DNA of 64,000 bases from Octopus bimaculoides (Eukaryota): positions 60,994,950 to 61,058,949 of the forward strand of contig NC_068990.1 of the NCBI RefSeq assembly GCF_001194135.2. Reading direction: 5' to 3'. The translations under genes and the position numbers were made by a program. A model generated the notes under the pieces. It saw only the letters and a list, made by a program, of their open reading frames with translations. It was not told the DNA's origin and ran no database searches. Shown in pieces: positions 50,241 to 63,111 of the stretch (positions within the stretch are counted from its first letter, which is position 1; every line of letters begins with the position of its first letter).

Positions 50241-51194
50241 GATTCAAGATACTAAAAGACAGGACAATGATGAATAGCATTCGATCTAAGATTTTTAATT
50301 ACACATGCATCATGAATAATTTTCAGCTCTAATTTCATATAGGTATCAATGTGAAGGTTTGTATTTTTAGACTCATTTTCAGAAAAATTTGATTGAAGTA
50401 AAATCTATTTGGTTATAAGTGGTAAGATCAGATTCTGTTTTTTTTCTTTTTTTTTTTTTTTGTGAATTACAATTAAAGTTGCTTTCAAAGAACTGAGGTT
50501 AGTAAAAGTGGATGATATGAGCATAGATAGTAGTAACGCAGTTTTAGATAAAAGACCACAGCTACTTTAAAATGCAAAATGATATAGTTGTATCTTGCTT
50601 TTTTTCTGCATTGTGTCTCTAGTGTTTATTTAACCCTTGTCTGGCAGACATCATCATCTGATGATTCATTAGAGAATAGGAGACATCAACAATTGATGTT
50701 TCAGAAATTTTACATGGATATGGCCATCATCAAAGGAAAGTAAATATTTTATGGCACTTTTTAATGAGATTGTAAATTTTATTGTATGGGAGACTAACAA
50801 TTATTATAGTTTTTGTATTTATTTAAAGTGAAAATAAGTATAAAAATTACCCTTAAGAAAAAGAGATTTTTGTTGGTCTTTTTTTTTTGCCTGTTTGGCA
50901 TCTACAATTCATGTAACCCTTTCCTACTGTTTAAGGTTTAAAAATTCCCAAGGAAAGCTGTTATCTACTCAGAATCTGAGTATCAAAGATTCATGTCATG
51001 TGCAATATCATGTTTTTCAACATTTGTATGAGAAAATCTTAGCTGGATGAGTCAGTAGTTGTTAAACTTACAAACTGAAGGATCAATAGTTTAGATTCTA
51101 TCACTGATATTGAGTTGTAGCCCAATGTTCCAATCTATCAGACAATAAATAGATACTCAATGAAGTAGACATTTTAGCATTACATAATTCATAA

Positions 51195-51357
51195 GTGCAG
51201 GCGTGGCTGTGTGGTAAGGAGCTTACTTCCCAATCACATGGTTCCGGGTTCAGTCCCACTGTATGACACCTTGGGCAAGTGTCTTTTACTATAGCCTCGG
51301 GCTGACCAAAACCTTGTGAGTGGATTTAGTAGATGGAAACTGAAAAGAAGTCCATCG

Positions 51358-51397
<40 letters not shown>

Positions 51398-51636
51398 TTA
51401 ATGTATGTATGCATGTGTTTATGTGTGTGCATCTTTGTGTCTGTGTTTGCCAGCCCATTGCTTGACAACCAATGTTGGTGTGTTTACATTCCTGTGACTT
51501 AGTGATTTGGCAAAAGAGATCGATAGAATAAGTACTAGGCTTACAAGGAATAAGTCCTGGGGTCGATTTATTTGACATAAGACCCTTCCGGACAGTGCTC
51601 CAGTGTGGCCGTAAGCAGGTAGCTGAAACAAGTGAA
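51195..51636 (+). mobile_element. SINE family A, full length
   Basis: gtgcaggcgtggctgtgtggtaagg...ggttcagtccc...(TA)n...agaataagtactagg...gctgaaacaagt. Confidence 0.9.
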
Positions 51637-52049
51637 GCAATAATATATATATAGTCAAATCAAACATTAAAAGTTGAACATTAACAATCGAACATTAAAA
51701 ACAACAATAACAAAACAAGTGTATATACTTATGGAATGCATTAGCTTGGCTCTCAGTAAAGGTGGAAAAAAAGAATGGGTTATTACATTTCAAGCATAGC
51801 TCTTTGTTAGAAAGAAGAGAAAGGAAAAGTCGAGAGAAGGAAAAAGTCCACGAACAGAACGTAGAAAGAGATAGAAATGGAAAGATATAGAGAAAGTGAT
51901 GTGTGTGTGTGTATACATATATAAAAGAATCAAAGAATATACATATATTTTTTTTATTATTTTACATGTTTCAGCCCTAATGCGGTGGCCATGCTGGAGT
52001 ATCACCAGTGTAATCACCTTTTCAATGGACAATCCTATGTGATCGGTTT

Positions 52050-52530
52050 TTGGTGAAAGAGGAAGTTTGATTATGCTGACCTTTTTTGAATCTTCTGCCC
52101 TGATATTGGTTCATCTGGGACCTTGTATAGCAGGAGGTCAAGTTGTTTCTTGAAAATATCTACCCCCTACTCCATAAAATCCCTTAGATGTTTTAGCAAG
52201 GCATTAAATAGTTGTGGGCCCTTGGATCCCAAGCTATTGCAGTACATGGACCTCACTCTAGACAGGATAGCTGGGATCTTTGGAACAGTGCAGTGATGTC
52301 CAGTTCGGAGGTTAGTACAGCTCTCAATACCAAAGTTTAGTGCCAGCTCCTCCAAGATCTTTCATACATGTATCACTGCATACCTTTCTCGTCTTTGCTC
52401 CAGGGAGTAGAGTCATAGCTCTTTCAGTCTCTCTGAGCAACTCAGTTGTTTCATTGATGCAGTTTTCCTGGTGTAACATCACCGAACTGCCTCAAGTTCT
52501 GCTATTCATTTGACACTGTAGGGTGACCAC
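52050..52530 (-). mobile_element. CR1/L2-group LINE 3' fragment, decayed
   Basis: WSPYSVK*IAELEAVR*CYTRK...SERLKEL*LYSLEQRRERYAVIHV*KIL...RTGHHC...KGPQLFNALLKHLR...FKKQLDLLLYKVPDEP. Confidence 0.85.
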
Positions 52531-52730
52531 AGTTGAGAGCAGTATTTTGGTGGTAGGGGACCAGTCGATTAGATTAACTCCAGAACACAACTGGTACTTA
52601 ATTTATCGGCCTTGGAAAGATGAAAGGCAAAGTCGACTTAGGCAGAATTTGATCTCAGAATGTAAAGACAGACGAAATACCGCTAAGCATTTCGCCTGGT
52701 GTGCTAACGTTTCTGCCAGCTTGCTGTCTT
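52530..52730 (-). mobile_element. SINE family B
   Basis: actggtacttaatttatcg...gaaaggcaaagtcgac...atttgatctcagaatg...gctaacgtttctgccagc. Confidence 0.85.
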
Positions 52731-53297
52731 AACTTCCCTAAGAAGAATGCAAGACAAAGCCAAACTTTCTGAAATTTGATCTCTCAAGGTAGAATAATGC
52801 AGCTGTATGCATTATTTAGTGCTTTCACAAATTTAGAGCAGCTTTAGTTCAAACATGTTATACTGTTATATGAAAGACATAACTTTTTTTTATTAAAGAT
52901 TTTTCTTTTTTTTTTTGTTTGACCTTTGTGTTGAGTTTGGAACAATAGCATTCTTAAATCCATTTGTTCATTAACATTTCAAGACCTTCTTTGCCTTATC
53001 AATTCATTCTGGTGATGAAACCAAAGTCTTGAAATGTTAATGGACTAATGGATTTAGGAACACTATTGTTATTCTGAATGCGATATAAAGTACTAATAAG
53101 GAAATATGAAAAATCCTTAATAAAAAGATTAAACTCAAACACAGTCATGATTTTAATATATGTATGTATGCATGCATGTATGTATATATGTATGTACGTA
53201 TGTATGTATGCATGCATGTATGTGTGTGTGTATGTATATATGGATATATGTGTGTTTGTATTTATGCATATCTGCATTTATGTTTATATCTAAAGTA

Positions 53298-53684
53298 TAC
53301 TCTTTTACTTATTTCAGTCATTTCACTGCGGCCATGCTGGAGCACCACTTTTAGTCGAGAAAATCGACCCCAGGACTTATTCTTTGTAAGCCTACTACTT
53401 ATTCTATCCGTCTCTTTTTGCCGAACCGCTAAGTTACGAGGACATAAACACACCAGCATTGATTGTCAAGCGATGGTGGGGGAGACAAACACAGACACAC
53501 AAACACACACACACATATATATACATATATACGATGGGCTTCTTTCAGTTTCCATTTACCAAATCCACTCACAAGGCTTTGGTCGGCCCAAGGCTATAGT
53601 AGAAGACACTTGCTCAAGGTGCCACGCAGTAGGACTGAACCCGGAACCATTTGGTTGGTAAGCAAGCTACTTACCACACAGCCA
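53298..53684 (-). mobile_element. SINE family A, full length, low divergence
   Basis: Reverse complement of 63112-63530. Confidence 0.92.
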
Positions 53685-54049
53685 ATGTTATTTTTATTTG
53701 TTTGCTCTCTTCTGTTTTTAGTTATTTGAAGCTTTCCTGCAAGGAAGGAGCTGGTTTCTAACAAAGATCCAAAGCTCCATCATTGCAATGCAGAGATCAA
53801 AATCAGTATTTTTTATGCTGAACTTGAGAAAAGTCTTGCTGGCTTTTACTGTTCCACTTACAGATTGTATTTGCAATGTGCATGTTAGCTGGTTGCTTTC
53901 TTTTCCTGTAAACCTTAGTTTTTCCAGGTTGTCACTTAGGCATTCACTAAGTGATATAAATATTGATATAAATATGAATTTATAACCTGGGTATAAAAGC
54001 CAAATATTTCAAAGCAGTTATTCATAGTCATTCTCTTTCTCTTTCATTT

Positions 54050-55100
54050 TTGAACAGGTATTCACATCAGCATGGTGGCTAACCTCTCTGATGGTCTATA
54101 CTGTTCTTTGTCTGTCACAAATAACAATATCCAGTATATTATATTTCATCTTGTTAGAGGTTTTGATGGAAATGTTCCACCAATACTCCTTGTGTTGATG
54201 TTTATGTGTATATTCAGTAACAGAGGGATTCCTTATATTTATTCCAGAAGATATTTATTCGTTTTTCTGAGAGCATTGCAGATTGTTTTAGTGACAACAT
54301 CATGTTGCATTGGAAGATAAAACTATGATGACATTTTGGGGTAACTGCTGACCCCCATGTGTAATGTCTTCCATAGAAATGTGTCATAATGAACAGCTTT
54401 GGCTTAGCAACTTGGAGTTCCAAGGGATACACTGTCTCTTTTTTTTTATAGGGTATTTTGCAGCAATCTCCTGCTCTTGGTTTGGAAATGCATAGCTTTT
54501 GAAGTGTGATGGGATGTAGTACAACAAGCTGAAGAAAGGCTGCACTTGATGTTTAAGTCTTCAAGAATTCTACCCTCATAGTTTTATTTTGGTATTTTGA
54601 GCATTCCGGTCTTTGAGGTATGGAAGTGAAGCTGTTTGGGGTTGTCAGGAAGAGAGTAACTTCCTGATGAGTTTACTGCCAATTTGTAGGAAGTGTTATT
54701 GTCTTTGCTTTTCAGTACAAGGTTTATATGTAATTGTTTAGTGATGGCCGCAGCAGTTTCTTTACATTAGTTTCAGTCTCTCTTATGGCAAATTTTATCT
54801 ACTTTTCATTGTTTTGGGAAGATAATTTAGCATCACTAGAGTTGGAATTACAATTACTCTCTGTGACAGCCTTTTTTATTTTTTTGCTGCCAAACCTTTT
54901 TGCTGTAAAATAGTTTAAGGTTGGGTGAGCTTTGTACCAGCAATGTTTAGCCACTTCACATAATTGATAGATGGGTCATCTTAGGCTTTTTCATAACATT
55001 GAAGTAGTTTCTGATTTGAATGTAAAAACCAATTGAATTGAGAAGAGTGTTTGCATCATCTTAAATAACTTGCACGTGTCATAGTGCTATTTGTATTGGT
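54050..55100 (-). mobile_element. RLE-type (R4/Dong-like) non-LTR retrotransposon 3' fragment, heavily decayed
   Basis: With frameshifts reads ...PKCHH-FYLP-QHDVVTKTICNALR...KEYWWNISIKTSNKMKYNILDIVICDRQRTV*TIREVS: YLP-RHD, WWN---KT---H-RPDIV and EVS motifs of the restriction-like endonuclease. Confidence 0.7.
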
Positions 55101-55364
55101 ATTACTGCTAGTGCTCTTGTTATCAATATCTACCATGACTGTAAAAAAGAAATTCCACATTGTGCAAGATGTATTTTGTAATCCAATCAAAATAATGCTA
55201 AGATGGCAACTAAAAGGTGTTACTCTTATTTATGACAAAAGAAATAAATGAGTTACTGATTTAGGCTGGTGGAGTCAGTATGATTGTTGAAAGAAACATT
55301 AAAAAAACATTTTTAAATGGTCTCCTATGTCTGCTTTCCTGTTGTCAATAGCACTATATCATAT

Positions 55365-55580
55365 CATCCTCCTCATCATCGTTTAACGTCTGCTTTCCAT
55401 GCTGGCATGGGTTGGATGGTTTGACTGAGGACTGGTGAGCCAGAGGCTGCACCAGGCTCAATCTAATCTGGCAAAATTTCTACAGCTGGATGCCCTTCCT
55501 AATGCCAACCGCTCCAAGAGTAGTGGGTGCTTTTACATGCCACCGGCATGAGGGCCAGTCAGGTGGTTCTGGCAACGACC
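55365..55580 (-). mobile_element. SINE family C
   Basis: catcgtttaacgtctgctttccatgctggcatgggttgg...ctggatgcccttcctaatgccaacc...gggtgcttttacatgcc. Confidence 0.85.
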
Positions 55581-56613
55581 ACACTAAATATGTATGTATG
55601 ACAAGGTCCTTCAGTGAGGATTGAGGGCATGAATTTAGATACTGATTTATAGAAAGAGAAATTTAATTTATTGTAAATTAATTTTGGTGGAAAAAGAAAA
55701 GAAATTATATGTTCTCTTTGAGTGTCACAAACAATTGTCACCAGTTGAGTCTATGCTGATGAGGTCATACTGGGGCCTCATTAGCATAAAATAGTTAATT
55801 TAATCCAGCTTTAATCACTTGGCAAAGGCTTTCTTCTATGTAGGAAACATTTCAGAAACTTTAGGCTGGGAGTAATTTGCAAAATCAAAAATAAAATGAG
55901 CTATAGAGAAAGTAGATTAAATAGACTAATAATCTAAATTTAGATAACCAAGCTATAGGGTGATGTAAGGAGATACATAAAAAAAAATCTCAGTTAATTG
56001 AAAAATATACCTTTCGGTTAGAAGAAGGAATCAAAAACTTAGTGGTAATTATTAGCAACACTTAAAGGAAAGGGGAGATAATTTTTAAAAAAGCATCCCT
56101 CATTGCCCATGTTCTTTCCTGCATTTTTTGATTTGCATTTACTTTAAAAAGTACATTGATCACATCAGTCTGAGAGAACTTGCAAAGGCCAAGGAACACT
56201 GCCTTTTCCCCTAACCAGACCATTAAAAAAACAAAATAACAAAAAACAAAAAAAACATTAGTTTCTTTTGATATCTCTTTATTTTATTCACAGCAGACAG
56301 ATCAAAGCAGTAAAATACCCCTCACATCACCACCACCACCACCACCACCACCCATTTAAGTAAACTGTGACTAGCTCATAGACCTAGACACAATAGTAAT
56401 AAATCACATTTCTATTTGAGATTTAGCAAAATAATAGCCACACATACATCCCATAACATCATAAGTGGCTGTGAGATACTTTGAGTGAATGCTATTTTTG
56501 TTGTTGTTTAATATACAGGACCTGATTGAACTGGCCACTGATCAAAGCTACTCCAGTTGTGACCATCATATAGGTGCAGGCGTGGCTACATTCACATTGG
56601 TGTGGCTTTATAT

Positions 56614-57010
56614 AAGCACAGGCATGGCTGTGTGGTTAGAAGCTTGTTTCACAATCACATAATTCTAGGTTCAGTCCCGCTGCATAGCACCTTGGGTAAG
56701 TGTCGTCAACCATAGCCTCAGGCTGACCAAAGCCTTGTGAGTGGATTTGGTAGACAGAAACTGAAAGAAGCCCATCGTATATATATATGTGTGCATGTCC
56801 GTGTTTGCCCCCCTCCCCCATCATCGCTTGACAACTGGTGTTGGTTTGTTTACATCCCCAGAACTTAGCGGTTTGGCAAAAGAATCAATAGAATAAGTCC
56901 TAGGCTTAAGAAATAAGTTCTGGGGTCGATTTGTTTAACTAAAACCCTTAAAGGTGGTGCTCCAGCATGGTCATAGTCAAATGACTGAAACAAGTAACAG
57001 AATAAAAGAA
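56614..57010 (+). mobile_element. SINE family A, full length
   Basis: Head, short (TA)(TG) centre, and 3' ...ggtgctccagcatggtcatagtcaaatgactgaaacaagt. Confidence 0.9.
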
Positions 57011-57071
57011 TACATCCTATATTAATTTGAGTGGCCGTGAGAGAGAGAAACTTTTAGAGATTGTCGTTATA

Positions 57072-57885
57072 CTAGGAGTGGCTGTGTGGTAAGTAGCTTG
57101 CTTACCAACCACATGGTCCTGGGTTCAGTCCTATTGCATGGCATCTTGGGTAAGTGTCTTCTACTATAGCCTCGGGCCGACCAAAGCCTTGTGAGTGGAT
57201 TTGGTAGACGGAAACTGAAAGAAGCCCGTTGTATATATGTATATATATATAATACAAAGAATATATATATACATGTATACACACATATATGTACATACTT
57301 ACATCTACATGTGTATATATATGCATATCAAGGTACAAGACGTTAGAACAATACACTACAGACAACAGAAGGAACACATAGGAAAACGGAAAGCCACTTG
57401 GAATATCCCTTCATCAGCTGTCTCTATTCTATCTAGACGTTTCGAAGATAAGACAGAACGTACTCTAGAATAGTCTCTTCCTGAGTAGTGGATCAACCCA
57501 CTACACAGAGGATTCCAAGGTGGCAAACACAAACCAAGACAGGAAAAATTGGACAGTGAAAACAACATTCAAAAGCCGTACGGCCAAACGCAAATCTGAG
57601 GTAGAACGCTAGTAGTTCGTCTTGCCTTCACAGCGGCTAGAGTGATATATATATATATATGTGTGTGTGTTTGTGTGTCTGTGTTTGTCCCCCCAACATC
57701 GCTTGACAACCGATGCTGGTGTGTTTATGTCCCCGTAACCTAGCGGTTTGACAAAAGAGACCGATAGAATAAGTACTAGGCTTCTAAAGAATAAGTCCTG
57801 GGGTCGATTTGCTCGACTAAAGGTGGTGCTCCAGCATGGCAACAGTCAAAAGACTGAAACAAGTAAAAGAGTAAAAGAGAGTAAA
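57072..57885 (+). mobile_element. SINE family A split by an insertion in its internal microsatellite
   Basis: 5' half at 57072-57240; 3' half resumes at about 57650. Confidence 0.85.
57325..57640 (-). mobile_element. Inserted dispersed repeat (probable PLE-derived), same family as 7975-8145
   Basis: Minus strand cttcGAAAcGTCtag...cagCTGATGAaggg...gtcttgtaccttgatatgcat. Confidence 0.5.
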
Positions 57886-58104
57886 AGAAAGGTCCTGACT
57901 GAACTGACCACTGATCCAAGCTACTCCAACTATGACCATCCTCTTCTTTTTATGTAGCTATAACCACACTGTCCAAAATATTAATACTTTTTTAAGAAGG
58001 CATGATTTGATAGAAATTTCGCTACTATTTCTAGTAGTTTGACTGGTTGTATAGAGTAGTTGTTCTCAATCTTTTTTTTGTTTTTGATATTTGGGCCAGA
58101 TAAA

Positions 58105-58530
58105 GGTGGTGAACTGGCAGAATCATTAGCATATTAAGACGGTGAGCTGGTAGAAACGTTAGCATGCTGGGCGAAATGCTTTGCGGTATTTTGTCTGCCA
58201 TTACGTTCTGAGTTCAAATTCTGCTGAGGTCAACTTTGCCTTTCATCCTTTCAAAGTTGATAAATTAAGTACCAGTTACACACTGGGGTCGATGTAATCG
58301 ACTTAATCCCTTTGCCTGTCCTTGTTTGTCCCCTCTATGTTTGGCCCCTTGTGGGCAATAAAGAAATAAAAATCATTAGCATGTTGGGCAAAATGGTTAG
58401 TGGCATTTCGTGTCTACTTGCTTTCTGAGTTCAAATTCTGTTGCGATTGAATTTGCCTTACATCCTTTAGGGGGGTCAATAAAATAAGTACCAGTATGCT
58501 TGGGGTTGATATAATTGACTTGATGCAATT
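58105..58530 (+). mobile_element. Older SINE B with a younger SINE B (58133-58370) nested inside, 12-bp TSD
   Basis: TSD aatcattagcat at 58121-58132 and 58371-58382. Confidence 0.88.
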
Positions 58531-58554
58531 GACTTACCCATTTATTGTACAATG

Positions 58555-58700
58555 AGTTTATCTCAGTTTCCATCTACCAAATACACTGATAAGGCTTAGT
58601 CAACCTGGGGCTATTATAGAAGACACGTGCCTAAGGTACTGTGCTGTAGGCTGGACTCAGAACCATGTGGTTGGGAAACGAACTCCTTACCCAACAGCTA
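58555..58700 (-). mobile_element. SINE family A, diverged 5' half
   Basis: cagtttccatctaccaaat...agaagacacgtgcctaagg...agaaccatgtggttgggaa. Confidence 0.7.
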
Positions 58701-58734
58701 CACACAAACACTCATATTCACATATATTGATAGA

Positions 58735-58816
58735 TAAAAAGACAGACAGATAGACAAACAGATAGATAAACAGATAGACAGACAGATAGATAGCTGGATA
58801 GATAGATAGATAGATG

Positions 58817-58874
<58 letters not shown>

Positions 58875-59110
58875 CAGACAGGCAGATAGATAGATAAATA
58901 GACTGACAGACAGACAGATAGATAGATAGATTGATAGATAGATAGATTGATAGATAGACAGATTGATAGATGGGTACATACACATACACATATATACATA
59001 TATCCATGCATACATGCATACATAATACATACATACATACATATATCCATACACACATACACACATACATACATACATACATACATACATACATACATAC
59101 ACACATATAT
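58735..59110. repeat. (GATA/GACA)n followed by (ATAC)n tetranucleotide arrays
   Basis: Direct reading. Confidence 0.95.
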
Positions 59111-60292
59111 GTGTGTGTGCATATGTGTACAAAGGACTTCTGCATAGCAGAGTAACTTCCTTATTACCCAGCCATGCCTGTTGTTCATTAAATTTACATA
59201 TTTTAGAAATAATGTTTCATTAAAAAAAAAAAAATGTTAATTAATTTTTCTGTTTAGAAGAGAAAAGTAGCTTTACTTAGCGTTATCTTTTTTGGTGCTA
59301 GACATTTCTTCATAAAATATGCTATGTATTTTATTCACTTCAGCGTTTTCTTTACTCCAATTTCTTTTAAAATTTATTCATAAATGTTGTGTAATTTTAA
59401 AGATTTCAATGATACTTCAAATTTTAATGTTTAAATTTTTATTTCTTTGTTTCAATCAACATAATGTTTTATATTCTAAGAGAGAAATTTTTCTGTATTA
59501 TTCTTTCAAGAAACAGTATGAGCTTGAGGAGAAGAAGAAAGGAACAATTTTTCCATTGCTCTTTTAGGTCTGCTTAGACTGAAGAATAAAAGCAACTGAA
59601 TGACATAAGAATGGTTAATGTTAAATTTGAATTGTAGTTTCTGGTTGTTAAAATATATGCCAGTAAAGTGATTACCAGAAGGAGAAAGTTCTGAAGAAGG
59701 ATTTTGAAAGAGGTGTAGTAGTAGTTGTAATAGCAAAGGGTTATGTGTTGCAACAGCACATTGCTGCACCCACCATTTATTAGTGATTCCCTGCTACACC
59801 TGGCAGATGGTGCCTTTGCACCACTCAATCAACAACCCTCCAGCCTATGGTTCTGTTCGGGTAGTCATTGCTAGTAAGAGTTTTATGAAGTCGGAGTGCA
59901 AATCCTACCTCAACCTTTTTTTATAACACGCAGAAGAAACGTTGGGGTTATTCTTTGACATACTGGTCATGACACAGCACTTGAGCAATGTGAAGTGAAG
60001 TGTATTGCTTATGAACATAACACCACCTCGTTCAGGAATTGAAGCTACAACCTAGTGACCATGAGTACAACACCTTAACTGCTAGGCCATATGCCATCAC
60101 TAAAAAAAAAAAAAAGAGATGGTTAATATTCAATTTGAATTGTACTTTCTGATTGTTAAAAGATTACCAGTGGGAGAAAATTCTTAAAAAGAAGGATTCT
60201 GAAAGGCTTTTAGTCTGAGTTAAAAATTTATGAGAATAGTCTGTATTTCAAATATATGATCTGTGTGCTCACAACAGCATTCGCACCATTAA

Positions 60293-60469
60293 CCCTTTAG
60301 CATTTAAACCAGCCATATATGGCCAAAATATTCTACCTGTTTTATGTTCAAACAAACCAGATTTGCTCTCTTACACTTTCCTTACAATGTCATTCTACAA
60401 ATAAGCAATCATGTCATTATTAAACTCTCTAAACACTACATTTGAAAGAATAATGTGAATGTTAAAGGG
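60293..60469. mobile_element. piggyBac-like MITE, intact
   Basis: TTAA(60289-92)-ccctttagcatt ... aatgttaaaggg-TTAA(60470-73). Confidence 0.85.
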
Positions 60470-60924
60470 TTAAAGTCAACTAAGAATTAAAATATATTTT
60501 TTAATGGAAGGCATTTTTACTTAATTAAAAAAATATTAACTGAACGTGTTTTACCACGTTTTTTTTATAGGCACAGGTGTGGCTGTATAGTAGGAAGTTT
60601 GCTTCCCAACCACTTGATACAAAAAAGTGCTCCATCTGATGAAAGATAAATAATATTATTTATTTAAAGGTTATAATACATGTCTTAAAATGCTACTTAT
60701 AGTTTCATATTCTTTTATCCTTTTATTCTTTTACATGTTTCAGTCATTTGACTGTGGCTATGCAGGAGCACCACCTTTAGTTAAACAAAGGACTTATTCT
60801 TTTTAAGCCTACTACTTATTCTTTCAGTCTCTTTTGCTGAGCTGGTAAGTTACTGGGATGTAAACACACCAACATTGGTTGTCAAGCGATGTGGGGGTCA
60901 AACACAGACACACAAATAAATATA

Positions 60925-62026
60925 CATGGTGCATAAGGTATTTGAGGACATACATTTTTCTGGGTCATTGCTGCATTTTTTGCTAACTCTGTATAATCTT
61001 TCAGAAAATAATAATGGCAGACCATCAGCTTACTCAAGAAATGAAATGGCATGCTGTTATTGTGGTCATAAAGGCTGAGCATAGCAATTTAGTAATATCT
61101 CGATTTTTAAAAGTTGCCACATCTTTCATCTACAAAGTTTGTAAGGAGCTAGAGACTAAAGATTGAAATATATCATCAGTATCAAAGCATAAAAAACATT
61201 CTAAATGCTCTGAAATCGTCGGAAAAATTGTTGGAAAAATTGTCAGAAAAAGCAAAAGAAAATCACTATATCATATCTAAAAGGCTCTTAAACAAATTGA
61301 AAAATCCAGCAGAAGAAGATTTGATTTGGTTTTTCTCAAACAAGAAAAACTTTGACCAAGATCAAAAAGTTAACAGAAGAAATGACAGATGGTTATGTGC
61401 AGACACTTCTGAAGTTACAAGTGTTATGCATACAAAATTTCCTGCAACTGTCATGGTTTTAGGTGTTGTCAGCAATGAAGGACATGTGATGCCTCCTTAC
61501 TTCTTTCCACAAGGCCTTGGAGTTAACTCTGCCACCTACATTGAGGTCCTGGAAATAACTGGAATAACTGGAAATAAGCCCTGGATAGACAGTGTATGCA
61601 ATGGAAGGCCATATGTGTTTCAGTAAGACTCTGCACTGTCACACATGGCTCTAGTAATACAGGAATGGATGGCTGAAAATTTTCATGAGCACACAACCCC
61701 TTACATTTGGCCTTCTAATTCTACAGATTTCAATCCATTGGTCTATTAAATGTGGAGCGTTGTTGAGTGAGAGGTCAATGAACATGCCCAGCAAAGATAC
61801 TTCGAAAGCTGCCATAGTCAGAGTATTGTCTAAAATGAACCAGGGCCACTTGATTTGAGCATGTAGATGATTTAGATCTCATATAGAAGTTGGTGAAGCT
61901 GAAGGTGGCTTTTTGAATAACATTATAGAAAAGAAGGTTTATTTTTATCCTCATAGCATTTTTTGATAAATAAAGTTGTTATATATGTGTGTTTTTTATC
62001 AACCTGTACTCAAATATCTTTTGCAC

Positions 62027-62030
<4 letters not shown>
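60925..62030 (+). mobile_element. maT/DD37D-type Tc1-mariner transposon, internally deleted
   Basis: TA-catggtgcataaggtatttgaggaca ... tgtactcaaatatcttttgcactctg-TA imperfect TIRs. Confidence 0.88.
61014..61920 (+). pseudogene. DD37D transposase pseudogene
   Basis: WFFSNKKNFDQDQKVNRRNDRWL...KFPATVMVLGVVSNEGHVMPPYFF...RPYVFQ*DSALSH...WPSNSTDFNPLVY, with 37 residues between the catalytic positions; stops present. Confidence 0.88.
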
Positions 62031-62071
<41 letters not shown>

Positions 62072-62635
62072 CAAGCTTCTTTCAGTTTCTGTCTATCAAA
62101 TCTACTCACAAGATTTTGGTTGGACTTTGGTGCAATGCAATGGGACTGAACCTAGAACCATATGGCTAGGAAGCAAGCTTCTTACCACACAGCCACACCT
62201 ACACTTATGCATATGCTTCATGTAATGGGAAGAATTCTAATTCATATTTGAATGCCTTCTGTGGCATGAAATGTTGGGACATGCTAGCAGATGGTTCTTA
62301 AACCATTTAGCATATAGTCATAGTCATTGAGATAGCTTGCAGCAAGCTCCAGTTCAAAATAATGATGAAACATCGATGTCTGTCGCACTGCAGAAAAAAA
62401 AAAAGAGAATCTTGATGTGAGTTGTCTCACTTGTCTATAACTTACTTCCAGGTGTTTCACACCAGGGGTATTGAAAATATATTCTTTTACGCCTAAAAGA
62501 AAAAGCAGCTACCCAACGAAATAATGACACACACACACCTTGTGTATCTATGTTTGATTTTGTTTATATACCTCAAGCTGCTTTTAATTAATATTTGAAG
62601 ATATATATGTATACACACACACATATATAAAGTAC

Positions 62636-62890
62636 ATGATTTAACTAATTAAACAAAGTTCAACAAATTCAATCATATTTTACGTAAATGGAGTAGATTA
62701 TATGTTAATATGATGAGTACTTTTTGATAACTCAGATTCTTAAAATGAATTTATTGTCTTCCTATATGAAACGATTGTATAGCTACATGAATAAAAAAAA
62801 AAAAACTATCATCCATATTAACATCTAATCTCCTCCATTTACATAAAACATGATTGAATTTGTTGAACTTTGTTTAATAAGTTAAATCAT
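62636..62890. mobile_element. AT-rich fold-back element with about 85-bp inverted arms
   Basis: atgatttaactaattaaacaaagttcaacaaattcaatcat...aaatggag... pairs with ...ctccattt...atgattgaatttgttgaactttgtttaataagttaaatcat. Confidence 0.8.
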
Positions 62891-63111
62891 ACACTTAATA
62901 TACTTATATAACTTTTCATATCTATGCTAATTTACATCAGTAAATTAATGTAAAGTATGTAGAAACAACGTTAGAAATCTTTTGGAAACTACTCCAATTA
63001 AAGGACAAATTCACATTCAACCCTTTTAAAAATATATATATATCTACAGATATATATAGATATACACACATACACACAAACACACACATATCTTCAAATA
63101 TGAATTAGAAG

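Larger units (their letters stand above)
60715..62205 (-). mobile_element. SINE family A split by a maT-like transposon
   Basis: 3' half at 60715-60920; 5' half at about 62035-62205. Confidence 0.8.

Noticed and set aside
58687-59188. 144-156 aa minus-strand ORFs (YLSI/CMYV repeats)
   Set aside because: Translations of (GATA)n and (ATAC)n arrays.
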